This document shows, in pieces, positions 9,196-19,768 of a stretch of 64,000 nucleotides of DNA. Below the pieces are notes generated by a model. It was given only the letters and a program-made list of their open reading frames with translations, had not been told where the DNA came from and did not search any database. The stretch is taken from the IMG/VR virus record IMGVR_UViG_3300045988_003495; one strand, 5' to 3'. Origin of the DNA: a virus (taxonomy: Duplodnaviria; Heunggongvirae; Uroviricota; Caudoviricetes). A program made the translations under genes and the position numbers. How positions within the stretch are numbered: the stretch's first letter is position 1; each line of letters begins with the position of its first letter.

Positions 9196-11896
9196 CCTTA
9201 CCTGTGCCAGTTACAAGCGTCTCACTCTTCAAACCTAAATTCTTAGATGCCTGACCATACATCCAGTCAGTTATGGCTTTAACTTCTTGAGTCATACTTT
9301 CTGGACATTCCCAACTGTTTTCATCGTGGTATGCCAGCAAAAGCCTAGCACCAATTGCTGGTTTTCGTCCATTTAATTTTGTCAACCCTTCTTCACATGC
9401 TCTTCTACAAGCAAGGTTAATTGCCTCATTTTGAATCTGAGCCTCTGAACCCATCAAAAGATAGTTCAATAATTTGTGTGGAGATTTACACCACAACCAA
9501 GCTCCAGCAACCTTTACAAAACCCCCTTTAGAGATTGCAGCAGTCTTACCAAATACCTCTTCAAGTGCCTTTTTAGTTGCTTTGTAGTCAGCTTCCAAGT
9601 CATCTAACAGCTTCTTAATTTTAGGCAAACGGATAAAGTAAGTCTGTTTAGTCAGCGCACCCTCCTGAGTAGTTGCAGCCTTAATCGTCTTAGCAAACTT
9701 CTCATCACCTGCACCGAACAGCAGTGCATAGATACCATTCTTAGCTTTCTTACGACCTTTGCTAATCTCATGAAGAAGATTCTCATCCTGAGTAGCTCGA
9801 CAAGTCAAGATGTCCTGCTCATCGTTCAAGCTAAAGTAAATACTGTTCAGTGTATGTGCATCAGTCCCTGAATAGACAACGTACAGGTCATTCTCAGAGT
9901 CATAACGAAGGTACTTATCAATCTCTGGGTTGAGGTACTCATCAAAGTGTTTGCAGTAATAGCGTCCATCTTCTTGACGAATAAACTCAATCTCTTCTTT
10001 ACCTTGCGTTACCGCTTTGGTGAAGTCTTTGTCACCCATAAAGTTACAAAGGAGAACTAGCTGGGCTGAGTTCATGTCTACAGAGACAACGTTAGTACCT
10101 TCTTCACAAATCCACACTGCCCTCATTGGTTCCCCATAGACAGCAGCACCAGACGGTACGTTTACAATACCATATTGTGTCATACGACCAGTTGAAGTAC
10201 CAAACACCGTTGCACCAGCACTAAGGCGACCGTCAGGACGAATCTGGTTCAACCAACCTTTTTCATCATCCTTTGAGTTCTCAATAGTTCTGCGTCTGTG
10301 CATCAAAGTGTAGTATTTCGCAATCTTCTGTCCAAGCTCACCTTCAATCGTATCATAGGATGATTCGGTAAGTTTTGGTGAAGTACGGATTAAGCAAGGC
10401 TCAAGCAAATCTGTGTATTTCTTCACAGACCAGTTATGCTCAATGTACTGGACACCTTCATGCTCAACATAACTCAAACCACACCGCTCAACCATTTCCT
10501 GCCACTTAGGATGCTTTGTAATCATCTTTTTGTTGTCTTTGAAACGACAAACTTTGACAGGGCGACCATCTGAGTCTTTCTTGTAGTTCCAGTCATCTGG
10601 AATCCAACCAACTGATTTCAAGTAGTCTTTAACAACTGCTACCTGAGTCATACGAGAAACTTCAAACTCAATTGGTGTATACGGTGCATCAATCAAACCT
10701 GTGTAGCGACTTGACTCAAGTTCAAAGTGGTTAACAACGTGACTGTTATAGTACTTCACAGTTTTGACTGTTTTTACTGGCTTCCAGTCTTTGCATTTCT
10801 TACCAATCTTTGCATTCAACTCATTGCAAATTGCACGAGCATCCTTCATTGCTACAAAACCCTCCTTGTACTCTTCACCAGTTACAGAGTTGGTTGGTGT
10901 ATAGCAATTTCTCTTTTCAATGTTAAAAATCTTTGTAGTTGGCTTACCAAATGGTTTGATTTCGTATGTCTGCATCTCACCATTACGTACCTGCTGACGG
11001 TACTTTGTCTTAGGGTACTTGGTAATTCTCTTCAGTCCATCTGCATGACCAAATGTTTCAACATACTCATTCCAAGCTTTTGCAAACTCTTCTCCAGTCA
11101 CTTTACCTTTGGTCTTAATAGTTGGAGGTAGATGTGGTTCAACCTCTGAAGCAAGCTCATTAGTCAACTTGTCAAGTTCCTTTACATGGAACTCCATAAG
11201 CTCCTTATCAGCTTTCCAACCATTGATAGCTTGTTGACTCATCCAGAAAGATGTTTCTTTAGCTCGCATATAGGTTTCATAAGTATCTATGCCACACTTC
11301 TTAAGCTTGAGATACTCATTATCAAGTGCCCGTTTAGTTTTGGCGTTAATACGGATATCTTCTACAACACGAGTGAAGATTTCTGCATTCCACACACCCC
11401 AATGTTCAATCTCTGGTTTACGGACACCAACACGAGCACCCCATGCAGCCAAACCATGAGCACCTTTATAACCCTTTGGGGTTGGCCTATCCATCCACTG
11501 AACACGAGACTGGATAAGAGAATCCTGAAAGAAATTACTCCACGGCTTACATTTTGGATTATCAAAGTTCCATAAATCAGGCGCAATGTGATTGAAAACC
11601 CACCAGTCATAGCCGAGACCATTATGGATGCAAAGACGTTTTGCCTTTAACGCAAATTCAACACCTTCACGTAAGCCGCCCTTGATGTACTTAGTGTACT
11701 TGTGACCGAGGATAGGCTCATCTGTAAAGACCCATACAGGTGGCTCTTCATCGTCAGATTTATAGTCTGCAAAAGCCATTACGTGAACTTTAGTGAACTC
11801 AAGGAGTAAACCATCAGTTTCTGTATCACCAACCAAATGTAAGTTTTTAAAATCTACGTTTTCCATTTTTACTCCCTCTAAAATCATTAACCTCAT
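9167..11896 (-). CDS. DNA polymerase, family A, with N-terminal exonuclease region
   Basis: 909 aa; motif A VSVDMNSAQLVLL, motif B RKKAKNGIYALLFGAG, motif C LLAYHDENSWE all contiguous in one ORF. Confidence 0.9.
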   Translation of the reverse strand: MRLMILEGVKMENVDFKNLHLVGDTETDGLLLEFTKVHVMAFADYKSDDEEPPVWVFTDEPILGHKYTKYIKGGLREGVEFALKAKRLCIHNGLGYDWWVFNHIAPDLWNFDNPKCKPWSNFFQDSLIQSRVQWMDRPTPKGYKGAHGLAAWGARVGVRKPEIEHWGVWNAEIFTRVVEDIRINAKTKRALDNEYLKLKKCGIDTYETYMRAKETSFWMSQQAINGWKADKELMEFHVKELDKLTNELASEVEPHLPPTIKTKGKVTGEEFAKAWNEYVETFGHADGLKRITKYPKTKYRQQVRNGEMQTYEIKPFGKPTTKIFNIEKRNCYTPTNSVTGEEYKEGFVAMKDARAICNELNAKIGKKCKDWKPVKTVKTVKYYNSHVVNHFELESSRYTGLIDAPYTPIEFEVSRMTQVAVVKDYLKSVGWIPDDWNYKKDSDGRPVKVCRFKDNKKMITKHPKWQEMVERCGLSYVEHEGVQYIEHNWSVKKYTDLLEPCLIRTSPKLTESSYDTIEGELGQKIAKYYTLMHRRRTIENSKDDEKGWLNQIRPDGRLSAGATVFGTSTGRMTQYGIVNVPSGAAVYGEPMRAVWICEEGTNVVSVDMNSAQLVLLCNFMGDKDFTKAVTQGKEEIEFIRQEDGRYYCKHFDEYLNPEIDKYLRYDSENDLYVVYSGTDAHTLNSIYFSLNDEQDILTCRATQDENLLHEISKGRKKAKNGIYALLFGAGDEKFAKTIKAATTQEGALTKQTYFIRLPKIKKLLDDLEADYKATKKALEEVFGKTAAISKGGFVKVAGAWLWCKSPHKLLNYLLMGSEAQIQNEAINLACRRACEEGLTKLNGRKPAIGARLLLAYHDENSWECPESMTQEVKAITDWMYGQASKNLGLKSETLVTGTGKVGKSWLEVH

Positions 11897-12123
11897 ACAT
11901 TACTGCAAAAAATTATAAAAAGCAAGTTGACAATGCACTTGACAAGGTGTTAATCTTTGCGAAGTGGGTTTTTACTTAAAAGGTTACTTAACAGTTTAAC
12001 TATACAGATACTTTAAAACTCTTAAAAGATTATTTAATAGCTTTTAAAAAGCTTTAAAGTATAACGTATAGAATACGTTAAGATAAAAGATTAAAACTTA
12101 ATAGTTACTTAAAAGAGGCTTAC

Positions 12124-12546
12124 ATGCAGAAAATGTTTGTTCACCCAGACATAGCTGACTTTGTTAGAGCTTTGCAGAAGTTGGAAGAACTTGACATTGC
12201 TGCTCAGCGGGAATATGCTCACCATCACAGGAGAATGGTTGATATACAACATGAAATAGAGTTGTCTGAAAACTATGAAGATGACTTAAAATGCTCTGTA
12301 TTTGAGCATATGAAAGATGTTGCTACAGCGAGACGTAAAGCTAAAGACACAGTTGCTTTACTAGATTCTCTTAAAAAGAGGTTGCAAAGTGGTACAGACC
12401 TGTGTAATCTAGCGTCACTGATTAACGATGTTGAAACTTCTTGGGATAGGCACTATTATCCACGTTCTGAAAAGACACTTGACTTTTCTTCATCCGAAAA
12501 CTTAAAATGTTCTAGAAAGAAACTTAACCAACTGAGAGAGAAATAA
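12124..12546 (+). CDS. hypothetical protein
   Basis: 140-aa ORF, first gene of plus-strand block divergent from DNA polymerase. Confidence 0.5.
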   Translation: MQKMFVHPDIADFVRALQKLEELDIAAQREYAHHHRRMVDIQHEIELSENYEDDLKCSVFEHMKDVATARRKAKDTVALLDSLKKRLQSGTDLCNLASLINDVETSWDRHYYPRSEKTLDFSSSENLKCSRKKLNQLREK

Positions 12547-12547
12547 T

Positions 12548-13348
12548 ATGAATATCGATGTAGAAAAGATGCTTGAAGAGAAAGGTGTTGATGAAGCATT
12601 CTTAATCAATGCCGTAGAAAGCATGGCTATGATTCTTCGTGGTAATAACTACACAGAACAGTTTATGCCTGCAAGCTATAACTTGCCTGAAGACAAGTCT
12701 GATAACGGTGCTTTTGCAGAACAGGTTAATATGATGTTGACAGACACTACACTTGCTCTGGCATCTATTGCGGTTGGTGTTGATGCACTTGCTGAGTTCA
12801 TTTTTTATGAAATGCAAAAGAATGACTATATCAGGATGTCAGACGAAGATAAGGAACTGTTGCTGACTAAGGACACTGATTTCATTATTGATACACTTAT
12901 CTCATCAACGAGTGCTGTTATGGCTGTTCTTGAGAAGCGTATGGAAGAGAAACTTTCACGATATGAAAAACTTGATTGGGGCGTAGAAGAATTAAACCCA
13001 CGAATCAAAGAGATTATCCAGCAAACTAAAGAGTCTTTGGAAGAAGCTGTTGAAAATGACTCTGTAGCTGACATTGAACCACTTCAGGTGAAAGTTGCAC
13101 TGATGATTCCAGCTATCTCTACGATGATGAATATCGTTGCACTAATCCAACTGTCACAGATGATGGGTGTGAGTATTGAGTTCATTGAGGAAATGACTGG
13201 TGGCGTTAGTATGCAAGCAATCAATGATGTTTTGGTGAACATTGGTGCTTCAATCATTGAAGAGAAACTACGCATTAACTTCGGTGATGATTTTGTGAAG
13301 CAAATCTCAGCTATGGCTGAAAAAGAGTCTGCTGAGCAACTGCACTAA
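12548..13348 (+). CDS. hypothetical protein
   Basis: 266-aa ORF, start coupled to upstream stop. Confidence 0.5.
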   Translation: MNIDVEKMLEEKGVDEAFLINAVESMAMILRGNNYTEQFMPASYNLPEDKSDNGAFAEQVNMMLTDTTLALASIAVGVDALAEFIFYEMQKNDYIRMSDEDKELLLTKDTDFIIDTLISSTSAVMAVLEKRMEEKLSRYEKLDWGVEELNPRIKEIIQQTKESLEEAVENDSVADIEPLQVKVALMIPAISTMMNIVALIQLSQMMGVSIEFIEEMTGGVSMQAINDVLVNIGASIIEEKLRINFGDDFVKQISAMAEKESAEQLH

Positions 13349-13365
13349 GTCTTTATAAATCTTAC

Positions 13366-13390
13366 AAGCCTCCTTAGTTGGGGGCTTTTT
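13366..13390 (+). terminator. rho-independent terminator
   Basis: agcctcc / gggggct hairpin followed by ttttt. Confidence 0.5.
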
Positions 13391-13409
13391 AGTAATTAAG
13401 GGAGATAAA

Positions 13410-14153
13410 ATGAGTAATATTATCGCATTTACTGGAAAGGCACGTTCTGGAAAAGACACCTCATGTTCTATTGTGAAGAACATCTTAGAGGATGAGTATG
13501 GCTACAATGTTGCTGTAATGGCCTTTGCAGACAACCTTAAACTATCTGCATCAAAGATATTTGACTTGACTTGGAATGACCTGTACGGTGAAACTAAAGA
13601 GACTCCACAGGTTTTTGACTTATCATACTCTGAACTGATGTTTAAAGTTACGGAAGCTATGGAGTTCACCTTCAGAGATGAACGTTACCATATGGACTTC
13701 AAGCTTATGTCAGAGTTAACCGGACGATTAATCATGGAGCTTAAGAAGGTTGCTAAACCGACTCTATTGACACGTCTGGGGTTTAGTAAAAAGTATAAAT
13801 TCTCATCAAGACAAATTCAACAGGTTTGGGGTACTGAAGTTGTCCGTAAAGTAATGGGCGACAAGTTCTGGTCTAAAGACCTTGAAAAACGAATGGTAAA
13901 TTTCTTTGACGTTTGCTCACTTAGAAATCAAGAAGGTGTTGTCTTAATCAGTGATTTAAGATTTGACTCTGAAGCTGAATGGCTGAGTAGGTTTGCACAC
14001 CAAACTATTGAAGTAAAAAGAGACAATGTGGACAAAGTTTCATCACATGTTTCAGAAAATGGCATTTCTACAAAATATGAGCGTGACATTATCCATAATA
14101 ATGGTACTCTTGAAGACCTTGAGAGCAAGCTAAGAGCTATCCTGAAGATTTAA
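13410..14153 (+). CDS. deoxynucleoside monophosphate kinase
   Basis: P-loop FTGKARSGKDT near N-terminus, as in T4 gp1-type dNMP kinases. Confidence 0.6.
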   Translation: MSNIIAFTGKARSGKDTSCSIVKNILEDEYGYNVAVMAFADNLKLSASKIFDLTWNDLYGETKETPQVFDLSYSELMFKVTEAMEFTFRDERYHMDFKLMSELTGRLIMELKKVAKPTLLTRLGFSKKYKFSSRQIQQVWGTEVVRKVMGDKFWSKDLEKRMVNFFDVCSLRNQEGVVLISDLRFDSEAEWLSRFAHQTIEVKRDNVDKVSSHVSENGISTKYERDIIHNNGTLEDLESKLRAILKI

Positions 14154-14161
14154 AAGAGAGA

Positions 14162-14362
14162 ATGAAGATGAGAGTAAAAGACAATTTTAAAGTTATTGAC
14201 CACCGTTTAGTGGAACTCTCATCTCTTTCCAATGAGGTAATGATTGAACGTCTGAAGAGAGTTGAATCACGAAGGAAAGAGATTGCAGATGAAATTCATG
14301 AACTGGACAAGATTGAAAATGGATTGAAGGCAGAACTACAACGAAGAGGTGCTAATGTCTAA
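14162..14362 (+). CDS. hypothetical protein
   Basis: 66-aa coiled-coil ORF. Confidence 0.4.
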   Translation: MKMRVKDNFKVIDHRLVELSSLSNEVMIERLKRVESRRKEIADEIHELDKIENGLKAELQRRGANV

Positions 14363-16340
14363 AGGTCGTAAATTGAAAGAGGCTGGTCAGTTTATTGGTC
14401 ATTGTGCATGTCCACGTTGTGGTTCATCAGATGCTGGTTCAATCTATCATCATGACGATGATTCTTATTCGATGACTTGCTTTAGTTGTAACAAAGGTTT
14501 CCCAGAGTGGGATTTTGATAAAGGACAAATCGTGAGCACTTATTCTACTGGTTCAGACAATAAAAACCGTACTTTCCGTGGAATGGATTTAGACGATGTA
14601 AAAGAAAACCTAGAAGCAATGGACTTGAAAGATAGGAAGATTCCTGCAAAAGTTCTTGAGCGTTTAGGTATCAAGGTTGACATCGACAGTGATGGTGAAA
14701 TTGACGCACATTTCTACCCAACTTACAAACGTAATGAAGATGGCAAGCTAGAACATGTTGGCTACCGTGTTCGTCACCGTTATCCCGAAGACCATCCAAA
14801 AGAACATCTACGAGGTAAGCTAAAAGACTTCTCAGGTGGTGTTGGAGACATTAAAGGTGAACTGGCAATGTTCGGTTCATGGATTGCTCCAGAAGGTGGT
14901 AACCGTCTATTCATCTGGGAAGGTGAGATGGAATGTGCGACAGCAATCTATATGACTTCTCTTGCGATTAAGGACAAGTCTCGTCGTAAGAATTACTGTC
15001 ACGTATCTGTCCCATCAGGTGCAAACATTAAGTCTATCAAAGACAACTATCAGTACATCACATCATTTGATGAGATTTACTTGTGCTTTGATAATGATGA
15101 AGCAGGTGCTAAAGCCACTAAAGAGGCTGCTGGCATTCTCCCTATCGAGAAGGTTCGTTTATTCCAGTATCCAGAGGGTGTGAAAGACCTTAACGAGTGG
15201 TGGACAAAGTTCTATAAAGAGAAAGACACAGTTCTGGAAGGATTTAAGCAGCGTATCTACAACGCACCTCGTTACTGCCCTGCTGGTATCAAGAACTTTG
15301 CAGACGGTTTTGAGGCAATGAAGAATCGTGGTCAGATTCCATTGATTCCTTTCCCAGAATCTTTCGGGGATTTGAACAGACTGACCTATGGTGGTTACGG
15401 TTTAGGTGAGATTACAACTCTGGCAGCACCATCCTCAGTAGGTAAATCAGCTTACACCCGTGAAATGATTTACACTGCTTGGAAAGAAACTGATTATAAT
15501 ATTGGTGTAATCCCTGTAGAAGATACCTATGAAGAGTTGATGGAGATGCTCTGTGCAATCCACCTGAGCAAGCAGATTTCTGAGATTCCTTATGACGAAC
15601 GTGATTGGGATGAATTGAAGGAAGCACACGCAGAGCTATCTAAAGGTCGTCGTATCCACATCGTAGACCATCAAGGGGCAATTGACCAAGATAACTTGCT
15701 GGAGTTTGTTGACTATCTTGTTAATAGTTTAGACTGTAAGATTATTATTCTTGACCCTATTACGTTGGCTCTGTCACGTTCAGATACGGATGAAGAGGAA
15801 GTTTTGTCTGAGCTATTGCGTCGTTGCAAACGCTACCAGTATGCACAAGTGAACGTCTGTCACGTTCGTAAGAGTGCAGGTGGTCAGAAGGCTAACTCTG
15901 AAGGTGGGGATATCTCTGAAGAGGATATTAAAGGCTCTGGTGCGTATTTCCAGATTTCTATGAACAACATTCTGTTAATGCGTAACAAGGTTGACCCAGA
16001 CCCTGTTAAGAAAAACTTGACAAAAATCAAGCTAACTAAATGTCGTCGTCACGGTAAGTCAACGGGTATTGCTGGTCATACTTGGTACAATCCAGATACA
16101 GGACGCCTCATTAAAGCATCTGGTTGTGGAGTTGACATTGATGGTGCAGCAGAAAATATTCGCCAACAGTTTGGTATTGGTGAAGCTGAAGACCATTACG
16201 ATGATTCTTTGCCACATTATGAGGATGAAGTGTTTGACCGTGAGACTGGTGAAGTCTATACTGAAGAGCAGTGTCAAAGCTCAACGATTCCACCTGTATT
16301 AAGTGAGGATGCAGATGACTGCCCATTCGAAACTGAGTGA
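14349..16340 (+). CDS. DNA primase-helicase (T7 gp4-like)
   Basis: 663 aa; zinc-binding CACPRCGSS...CFSCNKGF, TOPRIM-like WEGEMECA...FDNDEAG, helicase Walker A AAPSSVGKSAYT, Walker B KIIILDPIT. Confidence 0.85.
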   Translation: MLMSKGRKLKEAGQFIGHCACPRCGSSDAGSIYHHDDDSYSMTCFSCNKGFPEWDFDKGQIVSTYSTGSDNKNRTFRGMDLDDVKENLEAMDLKDRKIPAKVLERLGIKVDIDSDGEIDAHFYPTYKRNEDGKLEHVGYRVRHRYPEDHPKEHLRGKLKDFSGGVGDIKGELAMFGSWIAPEGGNRLFIWEGEMECATAIYMTSLAIKDKSRRKNYCHVSVPSGANIKSIKDNYQYITSFDEIYLCFDNDEAGAKATKEAAGILPIEKVRLFQYPEGVKDLNEWWTKFYKEKDTVLEGFKQRIYNAPRYCPAGIKNFADGFEAMKNRGQIPLIPFPESFGDLNRLTYGGYGLGEITTLAAPSSVGKSAYTREMIYTAWKETDYNIGVIPVEDTYEELMEMLCAIHLSKQISEIPYDERDWDELKEAHAELSKGRRIHIVDHQGAIDQDNLLEFVDYLVNSLDCKIIILDPITLALSRSDTDEEEVLSELLRRCKRYQYAQVNVCHVRKSAGGQKANSEGGDISEEDIKGSGAYFQISMNNILLMRNKVDPDPVKKNLTKIKLTKCRRHGKSTGIAGHTWYNPDTGRLIKASGCGVDIDGAAENIRQQFGIGEAEDHYDDSLPHYEDEVFDRETGEVYTEEQCQSSTIPPVLSEDADDCPFETE

Positions 16341-16410
16341 TAGTTATAAAAGAGAGGGGTTCACACCCTTCTTTGAAGAAAAAAGTTTAAATAAATTTCA
16401 GGAAGAGTGT

Positions 16411-16439
16411 TTGACAAAGATTGATAGGTTCTATAGAAT
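16411..16439 (+). promoter_or_regulatory. sigma70-type promoter (TTGACA-N17-TAGAAT)
   Basis: -35 at 16411-16416, -10 at 16434-16439. Confidence 0.45.
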
Positions 16440-16592
16440 GCTCCTCATGAAATGCGATGGAGAAGTTGAGATAAAAGAAGACTTCCACCAGAACATGATT
16501 ACAGTCATCATTGCGCTGCCTCAGCATAATATTAGTTGGCTGTTTATAATTAAAGAAAATGTGTTTGAATATCAAGTATATCGGAGAATATC

Positions 16593-16742
16593 ATGAAACA
16601 CTCTAAAGCATTTGAAAAAGTTTTTGGGGATTCCTTAAAAGCCACTGCTGGAAAACCAGCAAAATACTATGAAGAAAAACGTGTAAGAACTGGAAAAACT
16701 GCACGTAAAGCAGCTTCTAAAGATAAGCACAACTTCCAGTAA
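16593..16742 (+). CDS. small basic protein (hypothetical, 49 aa)
   Basis: ATG preceded by cggagaa RBS; not in the 60-aa ORF track. Confidence 0.25.
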   Translation: MKHSKAFEKVFGDSLKATAGKPAKYYEEKRVRTGKTARKAASKDKHNFQ

Positions 16743-16749
16743 TTAGTAT

Positions 16750-16778
16750 TTGACAATAGAGTATCAACAAATTAGAAT
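16750..16778 (+). promoter_or_regulatory. sigma70-type promoter (TTGACA-N17-TAGAAT)
   Basis: -35 at 16750-16755, -10 at 16773-16778, upstream of SSB gene. Confidence 0.5.
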
Positions 16779-16814
16779 TGGTACTCTTCATAAATTGAGA
16801 TAGAGGTTTAAATA

Positions 16815-17672
16815 ATGTCTAAAGTTGTTAAAATGAAAGCTCCGGTAGAGAAGTACAACGGTACTGAACGTCAAACTCTGCGTTACCTGCTGAAAGATGT
16901 CTGGTTTTATTACCTGAACACTTCACCACGTCCGGGAAAAGGTAAGTCTATTGATAAGAAATTCCCAGGAAAAGATTGTAACTACAGCGTATCAATTCTG
17001 GCAGAAGACGGTAACAAACTGTTTAAAGAATTTACTAAGTCTAAGAAAAATCCAGAAGGCTGGGATAAAGTCACTACTGAAGCAGTTGATGCAGATGACT
17101 TCGAAGAGAAGTTTGGTTGTAAACCACCTTTTGAAGCAGACACTTACTACATCTTGAAAGTAAGTCGTGCAGCAGCTTATAAAGATGGTGCTGTATGGAC
17201 AGCTAAACAGTCATTCCCTGTAATGCTGATTGAAGAAGTAAATGGTAAGCGTGTAGCTGTTAAGCAGCCGATGAAGAAAATCAAAGCTCAAGCATCTGAT
17301 AAACATGAAGATGACAAGAACTATGACGTAATTCATCCGGATATCGCAGTTGGTAACGGTTCTTTTGGTAGTGTGATTCTTTCTACTCACTTCTACACTT
17401 TTGAGAACAATGTTCTGACAAAACCTATTCAGGAACAGTTTATCATTGATACTCTTGTACCTTACACTGGTGGTAACGGTGCTAATGGTGAACCTGAACT
17501 GGATGAAGATGAACTGGCTATGCTTGGTCTTGATGGTGTTGAAGATAACGGTGAAATCACTGAAGAAGACGCAACAGACCATAAATCTTCGAATACTTCT
17601 GATGATGGTGATGATGAAGATTTGCCAGACCCAGATGACGAAGAAGATGAAGACTTCGATACAGAAGATTAA
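16815..17672 (+). CDS. single-stranded DNA-binding protein (T7 gp2.5-like)
   Basis: 285 aa with long acidic C-terminal tail DDGDDEDLPDPDDEEDEDFDTED; position within replication module. Confidence 0.55.
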   Translation: MSKVVKMKAPVEKYNGTERQTLRYLLKDVWFYYLNTSPRPGKGKSIDKKFPGKDCNYSVSILAEDGNKLFKEFTKSKKNPEGWDKVTTEAVDADDFEEKFGCKPPFEADTYYILKVSRAAAYKDGAVWTAKQSFPVMLIEEVNGKRVAVKQPMKKIKAQASDKHEDDKNYDVIHPDIAVGNGSFGSVILSTHFYTFENNVLTKPIQEQFIIDTLVPYTGGNGANGEPELDEDELAMLGLDGVEDNGEITEEDATDHKSSNTSDDGDDEDLPDPDDEEDEDFDTED

Positions 17673-17690
17673 TCTCTAAAAGTTACTTTA

Positions 17691-17722
17691 AAGCCCTGTA
17701 CTCAGTATGGGGCTTTTTCATA
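17691..17722 (+). terminator. rho-independent terminator
   Basis: aagccc...gggctt hairpin followed by ttttt. Confidence 0.5.
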
Positions 17723-17734
17723 TGGAGAGCCATA

Positions 17735-18781
17735 ATGGAGAAGTACACATTAACAAAACTTCCCGATTCAGTTACACATGTTTTTATTGACTCTGACAGC
17801 ATTGCCTATAAAGGTGCTTGTGTAGTTGAGAAAGCAAAATATAAATACGTCAATAAACTCACAGCAGAAGAATCTGAACCATTTGACAATGCGAAAGATG
17901 CTGCAAGATGGTTAGCAGACCAGAGAATCCTTGTGGAAGAACTTGGCCTGACATTTGATGAAGATGAATGGGAAAGACAGACTTGGAAAGAAGCTAAGAG
18001 TGAAAAAGAAGCTATCATGGCGACTCAACAGGTGCTTCAGGAATGGCTTAAGATTGTTGGTAAAGAAAGAACTTGGGTAGGCTATTTAACAGAGAAAGGT
18101 GTGCATAAACATAAAGACATTAAAGGTCTTGAGCACCAATATCAAGGGAACCGTAAAGATGCTGTCACACCAACACACTTAGTCGCTTGTCGTGAATACC
18201 TTTTATCCAGACCAGAGTTCAAGCTGATTCTTGATGGATTTGAAGCTGACTCTATCGTAATTGCTAAAGCTGAAAAGATGGGTAAAAAGGCTGCCTTAAT
18301 GAGTATTGATAAAGACCTTCGACAAGCTGAAGGTACTTACTGCATTGATATGACCTATGAAAAATCACCTTTAATTTTTATTGCTGATAACAACGTTGGT
18401 GAAATTTGGGATTGCCCAATAAAATCAACACCAAAAGCTAAGAAGACAGTTGGGGTAGGTTTTAAATTTCTTTGTTATCAAGCTGTGGCTGGTGATAATG
18501 CAGATAACTATTTTGGTTTAAAGGGCGTTGGTAAGGTTGCTGTAATGAAAGCCCTTGAAGGTAAAACTACTTACAAAGAGTGTCTTGATGCAATTTATGA
18601 GCTTTATGCTAAGAAAGAGTCATACACTTATGTCTCGTGGGATGGTCAAACAATTACCAGAACACCTTTAGAGTTAATGCAGCAACACTTTTTCTTAGCT
18701 TATCAGGAAAGAAATAAGAAAGATGATTTTACTTTTGATAAGTATGGGTGGACACCAAATGTTAACTCAACAAACTCTTAA
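17735..18781 (+). CDS. 5'-3' exonuclease (T7 gp6-like)
   Basis: N-terminal VTHVFIDSDSIAYKGA resembles the acidic active-site start of T7 gene 6-type exonucleases; 348 aa. Confidence 0.65.
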   Translation: MEKYTLTKLPDSVTHVFIDSDSIAYKGACVVEKAKYKYVNKLTAEESEPFDNAKDAARWLADQRILVEELGLTFDEDEWERQTWKEAKSEKEAIMATQQVLQEWLKIVGKERTWVGYLTEKGVHKHKDIKGLEHQYQGNRKDAVTPTHLVACREYLLSRPEFKLILDGFEADSIVIAKAEKMGKKAALMSIDKDLRQAEGTYCIDMTYEKSPLIFIADNNVGEIWDCPIKSTPKAKKTVGVGFKFLCYQAVAGDNADNYFGLKGVGKVAVMKALEGKTTYKECLDAIYELYAKKESYTYVSWDGQTITRTPLELMQQHFFLAYQERNKKDDFTFDKYGWTPNVNSTNS

Positions 18782-19250
18782 AGAGTACCTACATTATGAC
18801 CCCGAAACAGGGGTCTTTACTTGGATTAAGAAATCTGCTAGACACACAAAAATTGGCTCTGTTGCAGGTACAAACTTAAGAGGGTACACCAGAATTTATT
18901 TGTTTGGTAAGGGCTATTATGCACATACCCTAGCCGTTCTGTATATGGATGGATACCTACCTGAGTGTGTTGACCATAAAAATCATGTAACACTAGACAA
19001 TCGCTGGGTAAATCTTAGGGCATGTACGTTATCAGAGAACCAATGTAATAGGTTGCTCAATAAGAACAATAAATCAGGTGTTAAAGGTGTGTACTACAAA
19101 AAACAGTATGGTAAGTGGTCTACACAGATAACTTTTAAGAAGAGGGTCTACTTCTTCGGCAACTATGACACTATTGATGAAGCAGCAGAGGTTGTAAATA
19201 GGGAACGTCAACGTTTACACAAAGAGTTTGCTAATAAAGGTGATGAATGA
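18759..19250 (+). CDS. HNH homing endonuclease with AP2-type domain
   Basis: YDPETGVFTWIKK, HNH core VDHKNHVTLDNRWVNLRACTLSEN, AP2-like FGNYDTIDEAAEV; start uncertain (ORF track begins 18723). Confidence 0.7.
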   Translation: MLTQQTLKEYLHYDPETGVFTWIKKSARHTKIGSVAGTNLRGYTRIYLFGKGYYAHTLAVLYMDGYLPECVDHKNHVTLDNRWVNLRACTLSENQCNRLLNKNNKSGVKGVYYKKQYGKWSTQITFKKRVYFFGNYDTIDEAAEVVNRERQRLHKEFANKGDE

Positions 19251-19747
19251 GAAAAATAAAAGGTTTTGGCAATTGCCCTGAATATGGACATTGGGTTTCA
19301 CTATGTGGTGAAGTTGACCCAGCAAAGCACTTTGGTTTTGTCTACCTAGTGTACTGCAAAAAGACTGGACAGTACTATTTGGGTAAGAAACAGCTTAACA
19401 GTGTGACAAAAAGAAAAGTTGCTGGGAAGACTCGGAAGAAGGTAGTCACTAAGGAGAGTGATTGGATGACTTACGAGACTTCTTCTGAGTATATTAAAAA
19501 AGATATTGAGAGCTTTGGAAAAGAATTTTTTGACTTTTACATCATTCAGACCTACTACACAAAAGGTGGCCTAGTCTATGGTGAAGCAAACCTTCAACAT
19601 AAATTCGATGTAATGACAAAAAGGATTGACTCGAAGCTCAGACTCTTCTACAATGCCAATATTGCAGCAATTAAGTTTATTACTAAAGAAACTTATGAAG
19701 ATGCTGAAAAAAGAATCCATAAGGTAATGAAAGCAAATTGTGCTTGA
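19247..19747 (+). CDS. GIY-YIG family nuclease
   Basis: FGFVYLVYCKKTGQYYLGKK matches the GIY...YIG spacing. Confidence 0.5.
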   Translation: MRKIKGFGNCPEYGHWVSLCGEVDPAKHFGFVYLVYCKKTGQYYLGKKQLNSVTKRKVAGKTRKKVVTKESDWMTYETSSEYIKKDIESFGKEFFDFYIIQTYYTKGGLVYGEANLQHKFDVMTKRIDSKLRLFYNANIAAIKFITKETYEDAEKRIHKVMKANCA

Positions 19748-19768
19748 TAACTATTGAGAGAGAATAAA

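Noticed and set aside
9167-11896. Intron or intein in the DNA polymerase gene because of the adjacent HNH endonuclease
   Set aside because: Polymerase motifs A, B and C are contiguous in a single 909-aa ORF and the HNH gene lies beyond the polymerase C-terminus; it is a free-standing homing endonuclease.
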